From: Chlamydiota bacterium
GTDB taxonomy: Bacteria > Auribacterota > JACPWU01
Assembly (NCBI GenBank): GCA_016196885.1
Contig: JACPWU010000054.1
Coordinates: 16,230-48,229, forward strand
DNA length: 32,000 nucleotides
Direction: 5' to 3'
Shown one piece after another: positions 1-8,400 of this stretch. Both the position numbers and the translations under genes were made by a program. The notes beneath the pieces are model-generated. The model was not told the DNA's origin. It ran no database searches and was given only the letters and a program-made list of their open reading frames with translations. Numbering within the stretch: position 1 is the first letter of the stretch; every line of letters starts with the position of its first letter.

Positions 1-320
1 CGGAACAGCCATTCACAGGGAAATATAATATTTTCTTTAGAAAAGGGAAATACGTCTGTGGGGCTTGTGGATATGAATTATTTGACTCAGGAAGTAAATT
101 TGAATCCCATTGCGGCTGGCCCAGTTTTGACCGATCTATAGAAGAGGGAAGAATCAAAGAGGTCAAGGACACTTCTCACGGCATGGTCCGAACCGAGATT
201 TTATGCGCCCGATGCGGCAGTCACCTCGGGCATGTCTTCAACGATGGCCCCACTGAAACAGGGCTACGCTATTGTGTGAATTCACTCTCACTTGATTTCA
301 AGGGAGAGAAGGAGGAGTAA
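1..320 (+). CDS. msrB: peptide-methionine (R)-S-oxide reductase MsrB, C-terminal ~105 codons (5' end lies outside the window)
   Basis: Frame 3 (from nt 3) is open to TAA at 318-320. It reads [73 protein letters not shown]. Two CxxC zinc pairs plus the RYCxNS catalytic-Cys motif are the SelR/MsrB signature. It is absent from the ORF track because it has no in-window start. Confidence 0.9.
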   Translation, partial: EQPFTGKYNIFFRKGKYVCGACGYELFDSGSKFESHCGWPSFDRSIEEGRIKEVKDTSHGMVRTEILCARCGSHLGHVFNDGPTETGLRYCVNSLSLDFKGEKEE

Positions 321-454
321 GTACGAGCTCTCCGACACGCTTTGTCATTTCGAACGAGCCGAGGCGAGTGAGAAATCCGACCTACAAGGTCGTCCCGAGC
401 GAGAGCGAGGGATATTGTGTTTGCGTACAACGATGAATCTTGTTTTTAAGAGTA

Positions 455-652
455 ATGAGGGATTTTGCGTTGACCAAAACATACTATGTTTATCTCATGA
501 CCCATTGGAACCATAGAGTGATATATGTTGGTGTCACCAACGACTTACAGAGAAGAGTGTATGAACATAAAAATAAGTTGGTTGAGGGTTTCACAACAAA
601 ATACAATAAAACAACGAATCCACAATGGATGGATTTGAGTCAGAGTTTTTAA
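455..652 (+). pseudogene. GIY-YIG nuclease family (UPF0213/YhbQ-like) remnant with an internal deletion
   Basis: ATG at 455. YYVYLMT..RVIYVGVTNDLQRRVYEHKNKLVEGFTTKYN matches the GIY...YIG N-terminal half. The sequence then jumps straight to the C-terminal NPQWMDL motif. By comparison with the intact paralogue at 18345-18695, the central ~30-35 residues (LVY.E...REK..K segment) are missing. Confidence 0.6.
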
Positions 653-769
653 GATGTTTGCTTTAGGCTATAGACAAAGATTTCTCAGTCGGGCGTTCGT
701 AATGCACGCAGGTTAAACGAGAGGCTTGACTTTCATTGCTGAGAATCTTGGGCTGTACACGACATACTC

Positions 770-970
770 TCAAGTAAAATGCTGGAGTAATTCCATGTCT
801 TTACGGATCAGCTGATTCACTATCTCACCCATATTCGTGTGCTTCTTTTGAGCGATTCTTTCCAATCGGTTTTGCAACTCCGAGTTCAAATAGATGGGCA
901 AACGGAGTTTTGCTCCCTTATGGTAAAATTTTCCTCTTTGTGCTTTTGAAAAATCATATTCTTTTCGCAT
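770..970 (-). CDS. brnA: BrnA-like (CopG/RHH-type) antitoxin
   Basis: 66 aa, MRKEYDFSKAQRGKFY...LPIYLNSELQNRLERIAQKK...NQLIRKDMEL. The EYDFS.A.RG motif and C-terminal RHH-like segment are present. It lies 9 nt downstream of a BrnT-like ORF on the same strand. Confidence 0.7.
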   Translation of the reverse strand: MRKEYDFSKAQRGKFYHKGAKLRLPIYLNSELQNRLERIAQKKHTNMGEIVNQLIRKDMELLQHFT

Positions 971-979
971 AAGAGCTCC

Positions 980-1177
980 TTATAGATACTGCTTTATTTC
1001 AGTTTTTGTCGCTTTCCGAGCCGATATGATTCGAATATAAGCATTGTGACTTCCTGTCTCATGAAAAGCATGGCACACCACGAGCAAAATACCGTTCTGG
1101 TCGATGCCCAAAGTAATCCATCTGTCTTCTTCCTGACTGTGATCTGGATCAAAACGTGACAATGCTCTAGCCCGCAT
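980..1177 (-). pseudogene. brnT: BrnT (DUF497) toxin lacking ~30 N-terminal residues
   Basis: ...FDPDHSQEEDRWITLGIDQNGILLVV.H......IRIISARKATKTEIKQY is the BrnT C-terminal core. The apparent start codon (1175-1177) lies inside the left arm of the palindromic element at 1168-1349. The intact paralogue at 18772-19059 has the missing N-terminal WD..K...N..KH.. region. Confidence 0.65.
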
Positions 1178-1349
1178 TTCTCATCACATTTCTGCTGCGA
1201 ACGCCGATTCCGCCTCGTCTGCTTCGTCAGACTCGGTCGGCCACGCTCAACATACTGTAAAGTATGCCTCGCATGGCCTCGGTCGTCTTCCTCGCATCCA
1301 AAGCGGACTCGGCGCTCTCGCGACGAAATCTGATGAGAAATGCGGGCTA
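1168..1349. repeat. ~180-bp imperfect palindrome (MITE-like) with 23-25-bp terminal inverted repeats
   Basis: The left arm is GCCCGCATTTCTCATCACATTTC (1170-1192). The right arm is GAAATCTGATGAGAAATGCGGGC (1325-1347), 22/23 complementary. Both arms are extended by TA. The centre is the small palindrome CATACTGTAAAGTATG at 1251-1266. Arm fragments recur at 31734-31750 and 31921-31930. Confidence 0.7.
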
Positions 1350-1420
1350 CGAGTATAACAAAAATCAGAACTCAGAAAAATTTAATTCCTTTTCGGGAGA
1401 GCGAGGAATCTTACGCTTGA

Positions 1421-1469
1421 GGGCAAGATTTATCAGTCGGGGTGTCCGATCTGACATCGGACACCCCTT
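1421..1469 (+). repeat. 49-bp hairpin repeat, copy A
   Basis: GGGCAAGATTTATCAGTCGGGGTGTCCGATCTGACATCGGACACCCCTT matches 2406-2454 at 48/49 positions in the same orientation. It contains a perfect 12-bp stem (1439-1450 / 1456-1467) with a 5-nt loop. A third partial copy of the leader (CAAAGATTTCTCAGTCGGG) is at 675-693. Confidence 0.85.
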
Positions 1470-1502
1470 TCAAGCAACAGTTTAGCTACCCCTCTCCCTC
1501 GA

Positions 1503-1647
1503 GGGAACTGAGGCGGTTTCTGGCGGGCGTTGGAGACGTCCGCGACCCGGTGGGCCGACGAATAGTCGGCCCGAGCGGACGGCTCCGTCGAGCGACAGGC
1601 CGCCGGTGGGCGGCCCGAGCGCCCCGTCAGAAACTGCCTCAGTTCCC
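1503..1647 (+). other. GC-rich 145-nt multi-hairpin element (candidate structured RNA or MITE)
   Basis: A 25-bp closing stem pairs 1503-1527 with 1623-1647, giving 23 Watson-Crick pairs plus 2 G-T pairs. Inside, a 12-bp stem (1533-1544 / 1575-1586, one mismatch) encloses hairpin GGGCCGAC-gaata-GTCGGCCC (1552-1572). A second hairpin is GGCCGCC-ggtg-GGCGGCC (1598-1615). The overlapping ORF 1442-1711 is Arg-rich low-complexity sequence and is not credible as coding. Confidence 0.5.
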
Positions 1648-1724
1648 GGGACTAAACTATTACCCTTTCAAATATCATAATATCAGCATTGCTACTGTTG
1701 ATTTTTCATAATTTTAGCGATAGA

Positions 1725-2389
1725 ATGACTGATATGAACTTTCATCGAATTCTCGATCTTCAACAATTATTGAAAAAAAAGTCTTTTTTCCTTTTTCTCG
1801 ATTTCTAAAAGCAGCGGCTCTTTCTGTAGGGCAACCCCTCAACCTGACACAGATTGGCAGTGACTGCCAAGTTCCTCCCTCTACAGTGAGAGAACATTAT
1901 TCGATTCTTGAAGACACCTTGGTGGGTTTTTTTTTAGAGCCCTGGACACGATCTCAAAAAAGAAAAGCTGCTCAGACGGCTAAATTCTACTTCTTCGATT
2001 TGGGCGTTACACACACATTAACTGGAACAAAGACCCTGGATCGTAACTCGAACCTTTATGGGATGAGCTTTGAGCAGTTTATTGGGATGGAGCTACGCGC
2101 CTATTTAAGTTATCATAGACTCAAGGAACCCTTATCTTTTTGGCGTTCCCTTCATGGTTACGAAGTTGATTTCGTGATAGGAGACCATACAGCCATTGAG
2201 GTCAAGGCCACACAACGTGTTTCACAACACGACATGAAGGGCCTCAAAATGTTGAGAGAAGAGGCTGTTTTTAAAGAATATTATCTGGTAAGTCAAGATC
2301 CTATTGAGATAAAAAAAGAAGGGATGACTCTCATTTATTGGGAGAATTTTTTGAAGAGACTTTGGGAAGACCAGGTGTTTTCAATTTGA
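1725..2389 (+). pseudogene. AAA_14/DUF4143-type ATPase remnant (ATPase core deleted, frame broken)
   Basis: ATG at 1725/1734 gives MTDMNFHRILDLQQLLKKKSFFLF, a typical N-terminus of this family, then stops at ~1803. In another frame the ORF resumes as RFLKAAALSVGQPLNLTQIGSDCQVPPSTVREHYSILEDTL...YEVDFVI....AIEVK (DUF4143 plus C-terminal restriction-endonuclease-like motif) and runs to TGA at 2387-2389. The Walker A/B region present in the paralogue at 22416-23558 is missing. Confidence 0.75.
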
Positions 2390-2405
2390 AGGAAATTTAT
2401 TTAGG

Positions 2406-2454
2406 GGGCAAGATTTCTCAGTCGGGGTGTCCGATCTGACATCGGACACCCCTT
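2406..2454 (+). repeat. 49-bp hairpin repeat, copy B
   Basis: Direct repeat of 1421-1469 (48/49). The stem is 2424-2435 / 2441-2452. It sits between the ATPase remnant and the 3' end of the giant gene, so it could also act as a bidirectional terminator-like hairpin. Confidence 0.85.
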
Positions 2455-2474
2455 CTTCGAAATGACATGCTTTA

Positions 2475-5400
2475 TTACATCGAACGCTGTGCGGCTTCGT
2501 TTCTTTGGATCATCTTATCGAGTGTTCTTAATGGAAGTTCCAGGCTGGGATGTGTCTTGAGACTAATCCCATTTTCAGGATTGTCAATCTCTGCCAGTAA
2601 TGCGGCCTTCTTTTCAGGATCTGTTACCAATCTCTCAATCAGAGCCCTATAATCTTCAGGCGATTGAGCGGCCACCAACATCTGGGCTAAAGTGACCTGG
2701 GCATTACCCAAGACCAGGCGTTTACGGCATTCTGCATTTTCACCATACTCTTGGCTCTTCTCAAGAGATCCCAAAACAATAACATGTTCTAGATCTGACA
2801 ACTCATCCGCTTGCAAAAAGTTCTCTAACGCATAGGAGGATGTTGGCCTGACCCTGTAACGATCCCTCAAATCATCCAGGTTAAATCTCTTTTTTACTGG
2901 ATCCATCTCGCCCTCGTGAGAGACAACGAAGGTCACATAAACCTCTTTAGGCAGTCTTTGCAAAATTTCGAGAAGCTCTAGGCCATCTTGTTCCATCACG
3001 AGACGCACATCGATTAAAATGTGAAAATTTTCTTTCGAGCTGATACCCTTCATAAATGGATCCTTCTTGACAATGCTTGCTTTTACGTTCGCGATGTCTT
3101 GGACCCACGCCGCTTGCCTTCCGTCCACAATCAGGCCAGCCAAATCATCGGTGAGCTTAGCTGCTGCGGCAGAATCCATGCCCTTTGAGCGAATGCGAGC
3201 GTTTAAAGCTCCTCCCACAACTTCAAGAATACGACGGACGCTCCCACCTCCTTGTAAATAACGCGAACGATATTCTGGATCGTCCAGGAACTGATTTAGA
3301 TCAAACGAACGACTCGGGCGATTTCGTTTTCCTGTTGTGCCTCTTCTCTGAGAAGAAGATTTCTTCCCTTCAGATCTTGGAAGCGCGGGGACAGGTAAAT
3401 CAAAAACAAACTGAGCACTCGTCCACTCGTTCATCGTGATCCAATACTCAGCAAAGGAACTGCGGGTGGTTCCCAGATGGATGGGCTTGGATGCTGCCGG
3501 TGCGTCTCCCAAAGAGAGAAGCGTCCACAAATCTGCCGGTCTTTTTTCCCAAAATTTCAAGCGTTCTCGTCTGTTTTCTCTTCTGAACCGTTTCAGGGCT
3601 TCGTGAGGTCTCTCATTCAGAGCTAAAGAGGCTTCTCCCGAACTCAAAGGGTCTCGCGCAAGCAAGTTTTGCGCCATCAAATCGTAATAAACACCCCATG
3701 AATCAGGCCTGGAAAATCTGGCTCCCAAGATAGTCTCTACTTCTAGCTCTTGACGCACTTGGGCCTCTGTCGGATTTTCTGAAGGAGATTTCAAGAGAGA
3801 GATGAGATTGGGTCTGTCTTCGGGTGATTGAAGGAGGGCGATTAAAATCGCGAGACGTGTATAAGGCTCCTCTGGTCTAAGAGAGCCGCTTTTGATTTGT
3901 TCTTGGACTGCCTGAGAAAGCTTTTGTGAATAAAATCTTCTTACGAGGTTTTGATAAAGATCATCCTCCCCATGAGTGGTCCCATATAAATCCATGGCCA
4001 CGACAAGCCCCGCAGAAATCAAAACACTGGATTTGGGTGAGAAAGAAGCACTCAGCGTTTCGCTACTGGTCTCCGTTATTCTATAGCGAGGATGAAATAA
4101 TCTATGGGTATCTCCATCCATCCTATCGAAGGTTGAAAGAATTTTTTTAATCATTTTTTGAGCTTCTTGAAATGAAATCTTCTCCAAACGCTGACGCTGG
4201 GCGATCGTCAAGAGACTTAAGCCCAAGTCTTCTGAGGATATCTCAAGACCCACTCGCAGACCCGTCTCATTGAAGGAGGCATCAAACCAGGCTTTAAACT
4301 GCTCCCACCCCTTATCATATTCTTTGTTGCAATAAGCGACCTCTTTTGGAGAGAGTGGAGCGGGTGTTTCAACGTGGTCAGTGGGTGCAGGGACAGGGGC
4401 TGCTTGTTCACTCTGCGCTGCTGGTGCTGTTGCTTCCTCGCGTGGTACAGCAGGAGGTGAAACCGCTGGGGCAGCAGGGACAGGGGGGGGTTCTGCAGGA
4501 GCTGCAGGTACAGGAACAGAAGGTAATACTGAACCTGTTGTTCCTACCCCTGCTGGACTGGGATCTAATAGACGTCTGAGACCTAACCCTCTTGCGTCTT
4601 TATGTTCTCCTGTCCAAAATCTATTCCAGAACTGATCAGGTGTTGTGAATGCTTGTTGTGCACTGAAGAGCGCATCTGAGAGAGCCATGAACGTCCATAA
4701 GGGATCAGAAGGGGCGTATCCATTTCTTTTGAGGCGATCAAGCACCTCATCCCCTGCGAAACGTAATGCCAGGGCACTGTCTTGTGGCTTTGTCGCAAGC
4801 CAAGGGGTGGCTATTTGTTGATCGTACTCATCCCACCGAGCTTCGAGTCCGCTGAGTCTGAGAAGAAGATCTATTTCCAACTCTTGGCGCTGGACATCGT
4901 TTGGAGGGTTTGCTAGAGGGGGCCTCAATTGTGTAATCAGACCTAGGTCGAACTCGTCTGCTTGAAGAACAGCCAACAAAATGCAAAGACGTCCATAAGG
5001 CTCTTCGCCGAGATGGGGATTTGTTTTGAGTAACTCTAATGTAGCTGTGTGAAAGTCCATTGAATGAAACAGTTCTTTAAGAGCTTGATAAGTAGGATCT
5101 TTTGCATAACCTGGATCATTTTCCCTGAGAAACTCCATGGCAACGACAAGTCCATAAGCGGCTAAGCCATTGGACCTGACTGTAGCAAGAGCTCCTTCTT
5201 GTTTCACCCCTTCTATTACCATCGCAGTGGTACCTTTTTCTGCTGTCATGGTGTACACATCGTACAAAAGGCCGTTAGGGGCTTTTTCACTGAAGCTTAA
5301 ATCGTCAACGATCCCCTGAATCATTTCTTTAGCTTCTTCTAAAGAAATGGCAAGTGTAGAATTGAGACTGGCTGGTTCCACAGAAAGAGCGTAAGCTTGT

Positions 5401-8400
5401 GTAATGGCTACAAGGTCTAAGCCAAGCGTCCCGGGCTTTACTGGATTACCTGCGTTGGTGACATGGGTTACAGGATCGCGTGTAGTTTTAATAGATTGGA
5501 TAACAGTTTCCCATCTTTTAGGAAGCTCAGTTCTAAAGAAGGCCAAATTCCCTTCGTTGAGGGTAACGCCCTGCGAAGTGGATTTTTTCTCAGGCTTTGG
5601 GCCTATTTCGACCCTTGCCCCTGGGGTTGTCCCTCGATCGGCTCTTTTTAGTTCGATAGCATGAGGTACAAGGGTCAAGTTAGCCGACCCTGTCCAGGCG
5701 GGACGAACTGTCAAAGGGTCATACGCGTCCAGGTTGCCGGCACCGATCTCGATGCTTGCCCTTCCGAGCCGAGGATGAACCCGAGAGTAACGCACGGACG
5801 CAGTCCCACGAAAGCGACCTCTTGAGGAGGCATCGCCGCCGACCGAAAGAAGCCATTCTCCTCCTAGTCCTACGAGGGTGGCATTGGATTCGAAAAAGAC
5901 GCGCACGCCTTGGGAAGGAGAAAAGGAATTTGTCAACCGGCCATGTTCTCCTGGAGATGAAATGGTGGCGACAGTGTCCCAAGAAAATAGATCAACTACA
6001 GTACCTGCTTTCAAAGCCCAGGAAGCAAGAGGGCCTCTACTAGGTGAGTAATCCGCCATATTCAAATAAAGCCGAATGTCGGTGAGGGGTTCACCTACAG
6101 CGTTCAAGATTAAGGTATCTCCACTTTGAGTCCCCTCTAAATAATACCCCCCGCCTCCATAAAGTTCATCTAGAAAACCTCTTTGAAAGGCTGTGTCGGG
6201 ATTTCCTGAATGGGCTGCCCACTGCTGAACAGCGGTTTGCAAAAGGGGATCCGGTAAAAAAGCAGTTTTCAAGTGAAACGTTATAGGTCCCCCTATTAGT
6301 TGAGCATGCAATGCGAGTGTGCTGGGGGGAAGAGGCGAACCGTAGACACGAAGAGGATTGACCGGTTGGTAAAATACGGCTGCGATAGGATCCAGACGGA
6401 ACCAAGCGCCATTGATAATGGGATTCAGTCTAAACTCCGCCCCTCCTGAAGGGCGAATCATCCATGTTCCATCAGGGGTGGCCAATGCTTGGATCCCGAG
6501 CCTTATCTTGGCTCGCCCAAAGGATCGAAGGCCATACACATAACCCATGTAAAGGGGATTGTTTTTATATAATTCCCAAAGGGTCAAGTCTTGTGCTCTG
6601 AGATAGTTAGGATCGGCAAAGGCTTCCACTAAATCGGGGTCTACATAGGTATTGATCCGACCTCCTCCGCCAAGAAAGACCCAGTTTCCGTAGTTTGCTG
6701 ATAAGTGGCCTGAATCTACCCCCAAGGTTCCGTATTGGAAGAAGGCAGAGGGGGTTATCTCTCTTGGTATTTCGGGGGCTGAAGAGACTGCAGGAGTAAG
6801 AGGCACTTCTGAAGCGGGTGGTGGTGTCACAGGTTCTGCTCCTTGAGCCAGGGCTAAATGGGACATGAAAAGCAGGGTCAGAGCAAGGACTGCTCGAGAG
6901 AATCTCGGCATGCGTTTTAGAAAACGAGAAGTTAAAGGAAGAATAGAAACGAGGGCAACAGGAATTGCAAAAATAGAATAGGAAGAATTAAAAGCAAGTA
7001 AAGATAAAGTAGCAAAGCCCAAAATACTGAAAAATGAAAATTTCAAAAATCTGAAATTCCAAAACTGAGTTCCCACTGGGCTTCCGTAACTGCCTCCTCT
7101 TGAGGATTCGCTCTTAGGTTTGGCTGATGAATCTTCAGCTTTGAGAGGGGCTTCGTCTGGGATTACATCAGCGGTGAGATTATCATAGACCACTGAACCA
7201 CTGTCATAAGAACTCAAGAAACCTATTTGGTAAGGCCTATAGCCCGCAGGTGTTTGTACAATCTGTGTTGATTTTAATTCATCATCTACATAAAAACGTA
7301 CGGTATTGTTACCTTGATCGAGAGGATCCGGAACAATCTCCAACCTTACCTGATACGCAACATTGTATTGTAAATCCGATGGAACACCTTCATCAGGACC
7401 TCCTGAGTCTTCCACAGCGTAGTGTGTCGGATCAGCATAGAGATTGACATATTTCAAATTTGATACATTGGAAGGATCGGCATATACGACGACAAACGCA
7501 CTCTGATTCGCGTTGTTGAAGGTAACTTGATATTCAAATTGAAAAGAACTATCTAGATCAATGAATCCTAAATCATTTCGATTCATTGCCGCGGAATATC
7601 CGACTGTTGAAGAGTCTCCATCTTCTGTGACTGTAAGTGTACCGTCTGATGGAATGGACCAAGTAGTATTTCCATTATTACCGTTTTCATCATAGATCAC
7701 TTCCCATCCTCCCCCCAATAAATCATCGAATGATTCATAGCCGTTAAAATCTTCTGAGTAAAAATGGGTGTCTGGGCCAGGAGTTGGGGTTACTTCAGTA
7801 GGCGTCGGAGTAACTTCAGGCGTTCCAGCAGGTGTTGGAGAAGCTTCAGGCGTTCCAGCGGGTGTTGGAGAAACTTCAGGCGTTCCAGCAGGCGTCGGAG
7901 AAGGTTCAGGCGTTGGTGTGACAACCACAGGCGTAGGGCTTGGAGCTTCACTAGGTTCAGGTGTCTGTGTAGCTGAAGGTGTAGGAGCTTCAGTAGAAGT
8001 AGGCGTCGGAGTAACCTCAGGTGTGGGACTTTCTCCAGCAGGTGTAGGAGAAACCCCGGGCGTCGGAGAAACCTCAGGAGTCACAGCAGGCGTTGGAGAA
8101 ACCTCTATCGGTGTGGGGGATCCACTGATGGGCAGGGGTGTAGCTCCTGGAAACTCTGTTTCAAAGCAACCCATGAAAGAAGCAAGACTCATTGCAATTA
8201 AGAGAACGATGCTCGCGGGGAGCACTCTTGAGAGCACACGCAAAAAACTCCCTCCTTGAGAAGGTGTAGAAGGTACTTCCTTCGGGAAGAGTCGATCGAG
8301 CACGTTCTCTAAGGGTTCCGTATATCCATCACGTATTAATACTCGGGTCAGATATCTCTCGGTTAAAGCACGTCGGCTTTCATCGTTATCGTTCAACAAT

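Noticed and set aside
1324-1345. The CUGAUGAG motif (also at 31740-31747) resembles the hammerhead ribozyme core.
   Set aside because: I could not place the required stem II closed by a C before GAAA, nor stems I/III with a cleavage-site UH, around either copy. The motif is simply part of the MITE arm.
1442-1711. An 89-aa Arg/Pro/Gly-rich ORF overlaps the GC-rich element.
   Set aside because: Its composition is a by-product of GC-rich palindromic DNA. It has no SD, and it overlaps two independent hairpin repeats.
675-2454. Identical hairpin-containing repeats raised the possibility of a CRISPR array.
   Set aside because: There are only two full copies, ~940 bp apart, plus one fragment. Spacing is irregular, gene remnants lie between them, and no cas genes are present.
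7768-8259. A 163-aa plus-strand ORF (GVGVTSGVPAGVGE...) and the neighbouring 7764-7976 ORF.
   Set aside because: They are antisense mirrors of the Pro/Thr-linker codons of the giant gene (reverse complement of ACN/CCN codons). There is no independent support for them.
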